Virus record (IMG/VR): IMGVR_UViG_3300031227_000013
Reading direction: 5' to 3' (one strand)
Length of the DNA stretch: 64,000 nucleotides
Source: a virus
Each line of letters starts with the position of its first letter. The stretch's first letter is position 1. A model generated the notes under the pieces. It did not search any database. It saw only the letters and a program-made list of their open reading frames with translations, and was not told where the DNA came from. Positions 19,401 to 25,905 of this stretch are shown one piece after another. Position numbers and translations under genes: made by a program.

Positions 19401-19727
19401 CGTTCTTTACTGGTTCTGTTCGAAATGATTAAGAAACAGCAGGTAACTCTTCCCGACTGGGAAAAGAACGACGGGAAGACTAAGGATGTATTGAGTGATC
19501 TGCTGAATATAATGCAGGAGACGAGAGAAACTCCCCGCGGTAAGGATTATACCCTTATGATTAAAGTCCCTAACAAAACAGATGACTTTGCTTTCTCTCT
19601 TAATCTAGCCTGTTCCGCTATCTGGCATATTAGGGGCAGGTATCCGTCGCTGGTTACCAGTGTACAGGGTCCTTCCTACGAGGATATGGCACTGGCTGAC
19701 CCGCATCTAGCTAACTGGGATGTATAA
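16425..19727 (+). CDS. terL: Terminase large subunit, interrupted by an intein (precursor 1100 aa; about 580 aa after splicing)
   Basis: Walker A VARQLGKS; Walker B restored across the splice junction (RGFAAAK|CCFDEISD); nuclease VMGVDWSG and TDDFAF; likely start ATG 16434. Confidence 0.9.
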   Translation: MFHMSELSTQFKQTLQGYHSGAYNSYLPMLPYLQLDGKPMTLNLHYPLEPFFKLTMPRRVVFMVARQLGKSISLASRGLLDSAMIPNFHTLYIQPRYDQIKRFSTNYVGPIIKESYLGRVFEDPTREQSILQKSFRNGSNMYFSYAFLDCERCRGFAAAKCLAKGTLIQGTPIEDLKIGRILESVTNEGYIIHNKVQRVEKTGVRPCFRITLNTGHTLTCTIDHKLFSDVGWITIEEMVTHAFRKTKTDVVGNSSRGRTFTNRKFKEENLPLSISARMDSTRLQYPEIHNNEKLFNSETIGAGRTTESREQGVRGMVQSMGHDNQYGFVLFTRTDTPPWKEKEDDISGMVRLDNSRRADVVDMRRREFANKRSTIYTDTYRGISKRRGRAPFKMALSKIRYRKQCCSYKIKKKYREILLYSMFICSRNQNLRGFNSGIYSEMYELQDRLSKTTLRRMWDRDTEQQQDMFRKMFYRPSYKKDGYLYSEKPEENKQKKEGILCLSSGNERKEETIYTGVFKGSSEKRSPQCYSKEMETFKKGRPCIRTKTKRGTEILLSKIERRSRKIQQKNRSSQCLASRKTSQRGYLRDGLYQGMEKTKQRESKDSKAESVQEIKETYGGGSSIQTGIFSSEEGKLSQGERISSKGKVISIEYVGIKDVYDIQMEKQPNFFSNNILTHNCCFDEISDIQYDFISTIGEVLSAQTEYGFYQFTGTPKTIDNTLGVLFSDSSQAEWIIRCGCGKHNIPSLDHDLLRMIGKKTCICANKKCGKPLDISTGEYVHAYPDRQHSFAGYHLSQITHPLHAEFPLKWSEMLYKRSTYPEARFNNEVLGVPCDENVKPLTVMHLKQASNGLINDYSKAVKERKKYDAVVMGVDWSGYGADSISTTTVAVIGIIPGSETVHCIYAERFKIGIKPEDEAKKLIEYAYQFEITYFAHDFSGAGMIREATIVQRGYPVEQIVPFQIVHAPVNTSIINFYQPANGGRSCYNIDKTRSLLVLFEMIKKQQVTLPDWEKNDGKTKDVLSDLLNIMQETRETPRGKDYTLMIKVPNKTDDFAFSLNLACSAIWHIRGRYPSLVTSVQGPSYEDMALADPHLANWDV
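16905..18461 (+). mobile_element. Intein (519 aa) in the TerL ATPase domain
   Basis: Block A CLAKGTLI (Cys1 = TGT at 16905), block B TLTCTIDHKLF, block F DVYDIQM, block G NILTHN ending 18461, +1 residue Cys (TGT at 18462). Confidence 0.93.
17146..18369 (+). CDS. LAGLIDADG homing endonuclease encoded in the +1 frame inside the intein
   Basis: Motif 1 MLLGTLLGDGHL, motif 2 LMWWICDDGSL (LAGLIDADG_2 / I-SceI-like pattern); GAGGA and GGTGA SD-like sequences upstream of ATG 17146; C-terminal CVECG..TCSEKC and charged helical repeats. Confidence 0.9.
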   Translation: MLSEKQRQMLLGTLLGDGHLQIGSLKKKTCRYQSAHGWIQHDYNTQKYIIMKNYLTPRQLGLGEPQKVENRGFGEWSSRWGTTTNTDLFFLHELIHLPGKKKKTISQEWLDLITPEGLMWWICDDGSLRTKDRRSIQIHTEGFQKEEVELLSKWLYQKFDIENNVVPIKSRRNIGKYYYILCLSVLGTRTCVDLIREFTPKCMNYKIDYRKLLCVECGTEIQSNNKTCSEKCFTDHHIKRTAIYTQKNQKRINKRKREYYASHPEMKEKKRQYIQEYLKDPQKRDLHNATRRKWRHSKKGDPVYEQKLKEERKFYYQRLKEDPEKYNKRIDHHNAWRREKRVKGDTSETDYTREWRKRNKEKVKIQKQNQYKKLKKRMEEDPQYRQEFLARKRENYHKGKESLQKGK

Positions 19728-19738
19728 AGGAAAATAAT

Positions 19739-20002
19739 ATGAGTGAAGTAAAGATAGTGTGTGGGGACGAAGAATTAGTAATAGGTGATGTTCTGGATAC
19801 AGTTGTCGTATACAGTAAAGATAATAAGGATAATGAGATATGGTTCCAGACACGCTGTAAGGATTATTATAAGAAGGAACATACAGAGGAAGGTTACGAA
19901 AATATGATAGTCATTGAATTTGATAAAAGATTCTGGAAGAATAAAGATGTATTAAAACAAGTCGAAGATAAATTCGGAATAGATAAGGTGGTAGATTTAT
20001 AA
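19739..20002 (+). CDS. Hypothetical protein
   Basis: AAGGA RBS; operon with terL. Confidence 0.6.
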   Translation: MSEVKIVCGDEELVIGDVLDTVVVYSKDNKDNEIWFQTRCKDYYKKEHTEEGYENMIVIEFDKRFWKNKDVLKQVEDKFGIDKVVDL

Positions 20003-20991
20003 TGAAAATAATATCTGAAGAAAGAATAAATGTTCCGACAAACGCCTGTCATGCAGCATCTATTGTATATTATGAGGGAAAGAAAATAACAGCATGGTTC
20101 GGCGGGGAGAGAGAAGGATACCTCTGCTGTATCTATACAAAGGTGGATAATAATCCTATACAGAGAACTTTCAATCCATCGTCGAGAGGCAGCTCCTGCT
20201 GGAACCCTGTTCTATTCACACATAACGATAAATTGTATATGTTTATGAAGGATGGAAGATTCTGTGACTGCTGGCAGACAGTTCTGTTTACGCTGGAGTT
20301 AAAGGGCGGGAAAGTTGTCCCTAAAGATTATATAATGTATCCCGCAGGATTCAACGGCTGTGTCAAGACGAAGCCTATTTTTAAAGGCAATATGATGGTA
20401 TGCGGATCGTCCGTGGAAACTGCTATGAACTGGACATCCTATATAGAGGCTTATAAGGAGCCCTTCAACGACTTTAAGGGTAGAAGGCGCTCTAACCCTA
20501 TAATTGGACCAATCACCTCTCAGGGGCTGTTACAGCCCGCTATATGGTATGCTGATGAAAAGTACCATGCATTAATGCGGAGTTCCCGGGATCTTCCATG
20601 TATATATTACAGCTCTTCCAGTAATCTATATAACTGGGATAAAGCTGTTCCTACAGATGTAATGAATCCTAACAGCTCTATCGATGTCGTCCACCACAGT
20701 TCCGGAAAAACATATCTGGTATGTAATCCGGATAGTAGAAACCGGTGTCCTCTGTCTCTGATGGAATTTACTGTTATACTAAAAAAAGGATTAGTTCTTA
20801 AGAAGATGCGGGCTGATCTGGATATAAAAGAAAGTATTGTTATAGACGACGATACTTCAGATACATTCTATCCGGACGCTGTCAGCAGAGAACTGTCGTA
20901 TCCTTTCGCCATAGAGAATCCGGACGGGAATATAGAAGTCGCGTACACGTACCACCGTTCGGAAATACGTGTAGCGACTATCAAATGTTAA
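20002..20991 (+). CDS. BNR-repeat sialidase/neuraminidase-like beta-propeller protein
   Basis: CHAASI...AWFGGEREG...WNPVLF...KTKPI...LLQPAIW...ALMRS...NPNSSID...RCPLSL...ELSYP...YTYHRSEI, matching the BNR_2 / exo-alpha-sialidase family pattern as recalled. Confidence 0.75.
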   Translation: MKIISEERINVPTNACHAASIVYYEGKKITAWFGGEREGYLCCIYTKVDNNPIQRTFNPSSRGSSCWNPVLFTHNDKLYMFMKDGRFCDCWQTVLFTLELKGGKVVPKDYIMYPAGFNGCVKTKPIFKGNMMVCGSSVETAMNWTSYIEAYKEPFNDFKGRRRSNPIIGPITSQGLLQPAIWYADEKYHALMRSSRDLPCIYYSSSSNLYNWDKAVPTDVMNPNSSIDVVHHSSGKTYLVCNPDSRNRCPLSLMEFTVILKKGLVLKKMRADLDIKESIVIDDDTSDTFYPDAVSRELSYPFAIENPDGNIEVAYTYHRSEIRVATIKC

Positions 20992-21008
20992 GGATTCTTT
21001 AAATATCT

Positions 21009-21257
21009 TTATAGAATCCTTAATAAATCCGCGAAATATACCATGTCACCAGCTTCTGTGTTATCATGGATGTTTATTTTTGATTCCTTTACCAAATTTC
21101 TAATACTATCAATAGAACATGTACCATAGGCATGTTGTTCGTTACCTACTCTTGAAATAATACTGAGTTCTTTTATATCACTGACATAGAGATAATAATC
21201 TCTGTCGTTTCGTGTACCTAAATAGATACATTCCCAATCATGTTTATTCCATTTCAT
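21009..21257 (-). CDS. Hypothetical protein
   Basis: Strong GAGGAGGAG RBS; ORF track. Confidence 0.6.
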   Translation of the reverse strand: MKWNKHDWECIYLGTRNDRDYYLYVSDIKELSIISRVGNEQHAYGTCSIDSIRNLVKESKINIHDNTEAGDMVYFADLLRIL

Positions 21258-21403
21258 CTCTCCTCCTCTTTAGGATTTTCTCTTGTATATAAGTGTGCTA
21301 CAGCTTTTTTAGCATACTTATATAATTCTTTCTTTCTTTTTTTCTCAGCCTCCTTTTTAAAATCAAACACAATAGGAGGTTTTGGTTTATTTTCCATCAC
21401 AAT

Positions 21404-21580
21404 TTATCCTGAGTAGAGTGAAAACCTGTGTCCACAATCACATATACCGACACATTCGCAGCTTCCATATCCTACTCTAAATTTATCCCTACTGCACTCC
21501 GGACATTTCACGTCTGGGTTAATATCTTTAAATTCATTGCGTTTATATATTTTATTAGCTTTTCTTATTTTATTATTCAT
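21404..21580 (-). CDS. Small zinc-ribbon protein (about 58 aa; CPEC...CDCG)
   Basis: Hand translation MNNKIRKANK...KCPECSRDKFRVGYGSCECVGICDCGH; 3' coordinate approximate. Confidence 0.4.
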   Translation of the reverse strand: MNNKIRKANKIYKRNEFKDINPDVKCPECSRDKFRVGYGSCECVGICDCGHRFSLYSG

Positions 21581-21815
21581 TTTTTGCTAACTCTTCTTCG
21601 AGATCACACGTCAAATCATCTGCGTTTCTAATCTCGACCGTTTCATTTAAACCATTTTCCAACACGTTATCCGGTTCAAAGTCGAATAATAAAGCATCGC
21701 ATATTTTATCAATATGATTATCAATCCACTCAGGATTCTTGTCCGATTTGAAATAACCGTAACAACATCCATATTTATGAGTGTGTTTAACCACATACAA
21801 TGTCTTTTTATTCAT
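21573..21815 (-). CDS. Hypothetical protein
   Basis: ORF track; tight packing. Confidence 0.55.
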   Translation of the reverse strand: MNKKTLYVVKHTHKYGCCYGYFKSDKNPEWIDNHIDKICDALLFDFEPDNVLENGLNETVEIRNADDLTCDLEEELAKNE

Positions 21816-22501
21816 TAGCTTCCCCCTAGTGTAATCTGAGTTTTCATTGGTACAATCTTTTTATTACAATAAATATTGTATACCTCAACATTATGTAAGG
21901 AGGGTAGAAAATTATTAAGATAATCTTCTACCTCTTCTTTTTTATTAAATCCCACCACCTTATATGTGTACCTACAGCAGTCTAAAATAATATGCCATTT
22001 TTTTTCAAGCTCTTTAAAACAACCGTTCGCTTTTATATTTGACACTATAGAATCATTCAGATATTCGAACCCTTTAGTTTTAGCAAATAAATATTTACGC
22101 CCTTCATTTATTTCATTTTGTTCTTTATCAATATTTTGTTTTAATTTTTCAATAGATGTATTGTATATTTTTCTGTGCTGCTCTACATTTTCTAATATCG
22201 CAGAAAAAGTTTCCGGTACTTCTCGCTCTAGATCTATCCATATTTTTATAAATCTATCTGCTAGATCTCGGGCATAAACGCACATATCCTGGAAATAGAA
22301 ATTGCGAGGGACAAAATGTACTATATAATGTCCTAGCAAATCAGGAACTAAAGTTTTTAGGCCTTTTTCAGCCATTTCCTCTAGAACATACAAATGACCT
22401 TCTTCTAAACCTCTAATGTGATTTATATCTTCTTTTGATAGTTTTAAATCGAGTTCCCAGTTGTTTTTTTTCATTTTGTTACTCCTCCGTCCCACAGCCA
22501 A
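21815..22501 (-). CDS. Hypothetical protein with central coiled coil
   Basis: ORF track; true start may be the internal MKKNNW. Confidence 0.6.
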   Translation of the reverse strand: MAVGRRSNKMKKNNWELDLKLSKEDINHIRGLEEGHLYVLEEMAEKGLKTLVPDLLGHYIVHFVPRNFYFQDMCVYARDLADRFIKIWIDLEREVPETFSAILENVEQHRKIYNTSIEKLKQNIDKEQNEINEGRKYLFAKTKGFEYLNDSIVSNIKANGCFKELEKKWHIILDCCRYTYKVVGFNKKEEVEDYLNNFLPSLHNVEVYNIYCNKKIVPMKTQITLGGS

Positions 22502-22665
22502 TCTACAGCCGGTTTAATTCCGCCCCACTCTATCACTCCCGGTGTGGGTTTATTTTTATCATCGTCACATGACTTGGCGAATAGCATTATAACAATACAA
22601 ACTATGATAAAAGTAGCACACCCACATCCACAATCTATATTATCTTCTTCAGAATCTTCACTCAT
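22471..22665 (-). CDS. Small membrane protein / possible lipoprotein
   Basis: MSEDSEED...CATFIIVCIVIMLFAKSC; start overlaps the upstream stop (ATGA). Confidence 0.5.
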   Translation of the reverse strand: MSEDSEEDNIDCGCGCATFIIVCIVIMLFAKSCDDDKNKPTPGVIEWGGIKPAVDWLWDGGVTK

Positions 22666-22817
22666 TCTTTCTTCTCCTCTGTTGAAGAATAGGAAGGGAA
22701 TATAAAGAATGCCACAAACAGAAACCAGCCCCAACCTTCTACATCACTAACAGCCAGATATACTGCGGACAGTATACAAATTATACTAGCTGTTGTTAAA
22801 TACATAAATGTCTTCAT
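22662..22817 (-). CDS. Small two-helix membrane protein (GWGWFLF motif), 51 aa
   Basis: Hand translation MKTFMYLTTASIICILSAVYLAVSDVEGWGWFLFVAFFIFP...; coupled to both neighbours. Confidence 0.55.
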   Translation of the reverse strand: MKTFMYLTTASIICILSAVYLAVSDVEGWGWFLFVAFFIFPSYSSTEEKKE

Positions 22818-22945
22818 ATAATCTCTCCGCAGAAAGAACATACAAGATGTACGTCCTCGCCTATCGTTGCCTGCAGGATAGGTCGTTCTTTACGGCATCT
22901 CCTGCATTCCTTCTTTAGGGTTGTTTTCTTAATTACTACCGGCAT
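22814..22945 (-). CDS. Small zinc-ribbon protein, 43 aa (CRRC...CSFCG)
   Basis: Real start probably MPVVIKK at 22945 within ORF-track entry 22814..23158. Confidence 0.5.
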   Translation of the reverse strand: MPVVIKKTTLKKECRRCRKERPILQATIGEDVHLVCSFCGEII

Positions 22946-23184
22946 GGCCTTATCTCCCCCACTACTCCACCCATAATAAAGCATATAAAGAAGGTTATCC
23001 AGCCCGCTACACCTGCAAAGACAATCTTTGCTACACCTAATGCGACATCCATAGGTATAAGAACAGTTGCCCGGGCAGCTTCTACAACATCGATGATGCC
23101 TCCAATAAAACATACCCATACTCCTACATACAGCCCAAGGATAATCCCTATGGTCCATATAATTATTACTATTAACATTTTCAT
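22936..23184 (-). CDS. Small membrane protein
   Basis: Two long hydrophobic Gly/Ile-rich helices. Confidence 0.6.
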   Translation of the reverse strand: MKMLIVIIIWTIGIILGLYVGVWVCFIGGIIDVVEAARATVLIPMDVALGVAKIVFAGVAGWITFFICFIMGGVVGEIRPCR

Positions 23185-23459
23185 TCTTTCCCCCTTAATT
23201 CCTTGAACCGCTCATCGGTCCCCCCGGATGGATCCTTTACCCACCACGAGCCTCCTACCTCTATTCCGCCTTTCTCCTTAAAGCTTTTCTTATTCATTGT
23301 CATGTATCCTGCATACACAGCACATTCGAATGAACAAAAAGCTTTTGCTTCTTCTGGGAAGTCATCTCTGACTTCTACATATTGAGGACCGCGGGGCTTG
23401 AGTGTACTCCACCGCTCTACAAACTCACAGCCCTTTGCTCCGCATTTAATCTTTTTCAT
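23181..23459 (-). CDS. Hypothetical protein with CxxxxC / FCSxxC metal-binding motif
   Basis: CGAKGC...FCSFEC. Confidence 0.55.
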   Translation of the reverse strand: MKKIKCGAKGCEFVERWSTLKPRGPQYVEVRDDFPEEAKAFCSFECAVYAGYMTMNKKSFKEKGGIEVGGSWWVKDPSGGTDERFKELRGKE

Positions 23460-23751
23460 CTAATTCCCAATCGTACATTGTGAAACAATTAAGACGTTCA
23501 TCCTCTTCAGGGAACTGGGCCTTCATTGTTTTTTTTACTTTGGCGCGTTGTTCTTTATCGAGACCAAATATTAATCTCAGCGTACCACAATTTGTACATA
23601 CAACATGAATGGAGGGGTGACTACTACCACCACCTATAGCTCCTCGATCTTCTCTTATTGTTATGTACTTTTCTTTATGGGAACAACTTTCTCTTAATTC
23701 TTTGATATCAAGATTAAGTTTTTTTCTTAATTCACGTAGTTTACTCTTCAT
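23446..23751 (-). CDS. Hypothetical protein (CSH...CTNCG)
   Basis: GGAG RBS directly after the palindrome. Confidence 0.6.
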   Translation of the reverse strand: MKSKLRELRKKLNLDIKELRESCSHKEKYITIREDRGAIGGGSSHPSIHVVCTNCGTLRLIFGLDKEQRAKVKKTMKAQFPEEDERLNCFTMYDWELDEKD

Positions 23752-23762
23752 TCTTTATCTCC

Positions 23763-23786
23763 AATAGTCTACCATGGTAGACTATT
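23763..23786. repeat. 24-bp perfect palindrome AATAGTCTACCATGGTAGACTATT (core recurs at 11889, 48895 and 63783)
   Basis: Read directly from the sequence. Confidence 0.95.
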
Positions 23787-24111
23787 TAGTTTTAAGAAGA
23801 TCGACAGCCTTGTCTATCTTCTCATCTACTTTTGTGAACAACTTTTCCACATTATCTGCGGTTGCCAACTTCGATCCCTCCACCATCAGGTAAGCCTTAA
23901 TGAGACTCTGCTGGGAGGGTATAAAAGCCAAACATATTAAACATAATATCCCAATAGGTATCGAACATCTTAATACCCAGCGATTAATTTCAAAAGGTAC
24001 GTCGCTGCACCTCATGATTACCGTTATTATGGTAATTACAACACAAAAAATAACTGATATTATTAGCACTGCCTGGACTGAATCCAGTATGGATAACATA
24101 TAAGTTTCCAT
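23782..24111 (-). CDS. Membrane protein
   Basis: Two hydrophobic helices; GGAG RBS. Confidence 0.6.
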   Translation of the reverse strand: METYMLSILDSVQAVLIISVIFCVVITIITVIMRCSDVPFEINRWVLRCSIPIGILCLICLAFIPSQQSLIKAYLMVEGSKLATADNVEKLFTKVDEKIDKAVDLLKTK

Positions 24112-24112
24112 T

Positions 24113-24277
24113 TTACTCCTTTGTTTTTAGGTTACAGAGCTCAGCCCTGAGTAGGGTGTTCTCCTCTTTAACCTCTTTAAGCTCTTTTTTAACTAGAACC
24201 AGTTCCAGCTCTGTCTGGTTAAAGTCATCCCTGATTGTCTCGTCCTTCCACCAGGTGTCCTTCCTAACTTGGGACAT
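24113..24277 (-). CDS. Small coiled-coil protein, 54 aa
   Basis: AGGAGGAGGAGGA RBS; MSQVRKDTWW...ELELVLVKKELKEVKEENTLLRAEL; not in the ORF track. Confidence 0.65.
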   Translation of the reverse strand: MSQVRKDTWWKDETIRDDFNQTELELVLVKKELKEVKEENTLLRAELCNLKTKE

Positions 24278-24311
24278 TCCTCCTCCTCCTCCTGTTAATT
24301 GGTGTATTTAT

Positions 24312-24437
24312 AAAAAAGTAGACGGGGATGGGTTCTTACGAACCCCATAACTCTTCCGTAACATCCTCCTGGGTGGTACCCTATTCACAGGGTGTGCCAA
24401 GAGCGTGAATAATGTCTAAGAAGTAAACTCCCCGCCT
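24312..24437 (-). ncRNA. Candidate structured small RNA or cis-regulatory leader (about 126 nt)
   Basis: Begins about 6 nt after the promoter motif; 9-bp closing helix, two internal hairpins, a 7-nt loop complementarity, ends in a U6 tract. Confidence 0.45.
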
Positions 24438-24441
24438 ATTA

Positions 24442-24471
24442 TATTATGCCAATAATATGACATTAATTAAG
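24442..24471 (-). promoter_or_regulatory. Promoter-like motif copy 2: CTTAA-N15-TGGCATAATA
   Basis: Shared motif and spacing; lies just downstream of a terminator. Confidence 0.6.
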
Positions 24472-24475
24472 TAGC

Positions 24476-24500
24476 TAAAAAAAGGGCCTAAGCCCTCTTT
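24476..24500 (-). terminator. Intrinsic terminator closing the radical SAM operon
   Basis: AGGGC-UUAG-GCCCU followed by a U tract, immediately after the stop at 24501. Confidence 0.75.
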
Positions 24501-24863
24501 TTATTCATTACTCCAAACTATCTGAATATTAGGAGATGTTTTTATAATCTCAGTAATATGCTCATCGCAGTACGATACATCCACCCGTACTATCTCATTA
24601 TCCTTAGATAACTTTCTAATCTTTTTCTTTATTTCATTTAGCTTATCTTCCTCCATATAACCTGATTCTAACCACTCTTCCGCCTCTTTAAGACCTTCAC
24701 CCCTAAATTCAGTGTCCGAGTCGTTAGATCCTTCTATCATCTGGATAAAATTATCATATGTTAAATCACTCCTCCCGCAAAGGGAGCAGGGGATAGCTTC
24801 TTTAATAGCGAGTATAAAACTACTGCTCGAACTATTACTTACGAATCCTTTTCTATTCTTCAT
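24501..24863 (-). CDS. FVSNSSSSSF-leader protein 4 (CSLCG motif)
   Basis: MKNRKGFVSNSSSSSFILA. Confidence 0.8.
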   Translation of the reverse strand: MKNRKGFVSNSSSSSFILAIKEAIPCSLCGRSDLTYDNFIQMIEGSNDSDTEFRGEGLKEAEEWLESGYMEEDKLNEIKKKIRKLSKDNEIVRVDVSYCDEHITEIIKTSPNIQIVWSNE

Positions 24864-25320
24864 CTTCTATGATTTCCCATCCTGCACCGCTTCTTGGATG
24901 TTCCAGACAGACTGTGTTATTTCGTCGGTCCAGAGTAAATCCAGCCCCGAGAACTTCTCTGCGAATCCACTCGATTATTTTCTCAGCTTCTCCGTCAGCA
25001 CTAAAGTGTTCCTTCATTATCCATACACCGGCATCCTCCAGCTCATAGTAATCCTTTTCACTATAAGGATGTCCATGTCCACCATCAGCATAAAAGTGTA
25101 TCTTATCTCTCGGAACTTTCAGAACCTCTGTATCACCTTCACAGACGAAGTCAGTTAAGTACACTACTTCATCGTCTGGGATATCCAGCTTAAGATATCC
25201 CAATACTTTTTTACGCTGTTCTTTTTCCAGCAGTACAGAATTACATCTGGAAGGCTCATCCCCAATAACTATAAAACTGCTACTGGAGCTGTTGCTCACA
25301 AATCTTATTCTATTCTTCAT
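24853..25320 (-). CDS. FVSNSSSSSF-leader protein 3
   Basis: MKNRIRFVSNSSSSSFIVI. Confidence 0.8.
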   Translation of the reverse strand: MKNRIRFVSNSSSSSFIVIGDEPSRCNSVLLEKEQRKKVLGYLKLDIPDDEVVYLTDFVCEGDTEVLKVPRDKIHFYADGGHGHPYSEKDYYELEDAGVWIMKEHFSADGEAEKIIEWIRREVLGAGFTLDRRNNTVCLEHPRSGAGWEIIEDEE

Positions 25321-25322
25321 GT

Positions 25323-25598
25323 TTAGTCATCCCATTCAATATGGTCTTCATCAACCTTGACTATCTCGGTAAGGAAGTAATGCATATCGAAATTATCCAT
25401 CATTGTACTTCCTCGAATGTGATCTTTATGATTCTTTATATCCCAGGGCATATCATAATCCATATCTTCCTTTAGGATTCCCTTGGCGACATTGATATGA
25501 TCATAAATCATATTTAACTGCTCATTATTCAAATATTTTTTCTGTATTATAAATGAACTGCTCGAGCTGTTACTTACAAATCCTCTTCGATTCTTCAT
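25323..25598 (-). CDS. FVSNSSSSSF-leader protein 2
   Basis: MKNRRGFVSNSSSSSFIIQ; ATGA overlap with the upstream gene. Confidence 0.8.
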   Translation of the reverse strand: MKNRRGFVSNSSSSSFIIQKKYLNNEQLNMIYDHINVAKGILKEDMDYDMPWDIKNHKDHIRGSTMMDNFDMHYFLTEIVKVDEDHIEWDD

Positions 25599-25894
25599 CC
25601 ATCACGTCCTCCGTCGACACACCAACCTATATCTTTATACTCTACGGCAATTCCAGCACGTGTGAGTTCTTCCATAATTCTTTCTCTAAAAAGGTTGACT
25701 GTTTCATCGTCTTTCATGTTTTCAACATGCATCCCTACAACAACCTGTTCATAAAACTCATCTATTCCATGACAATACGTTAAGGCAGAATCCTGTATAG
25801 ATATATTCTCCCAGACCGATTCTTCTAATACAATTCCCATAATACAGAAACTGCTGCTGGAACTGTTACTTACAAATCCTCTTCTATATTTCAT
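25595..25894 (-). CDS. FVSNSSSSSF-leader protein 1
   Basis: MKYRRGFVSNSSSSSFCIM. Confidence 0.8.
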   Translation of the reverse strand: MKYRRGFVSNSSSSSFCIMGIVLEESVWENISIQDSALTYCHGIDEFYEQVVVGMHVENMKDDETVNLFRERIMEELTRAGIAVEYKDIGWCVDGGRDG

Positions 25895-25905
25895 AATATT
25901 CCCTG

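Noticed and set aside
24305-24312. T4-like late promoter TATAAATA
   Set aside because: A single relevant instance in AT-rich DNA, not found upstream of the structural genes.
24501-25894. Leader read as a type IV prepilin (class III) signal, KRRG|F
   Set aside because: The post-cleavage segment is polar (VSNSSSSS), with no hydrophobic helix or +5 Glu, and one copy has R instead of G.
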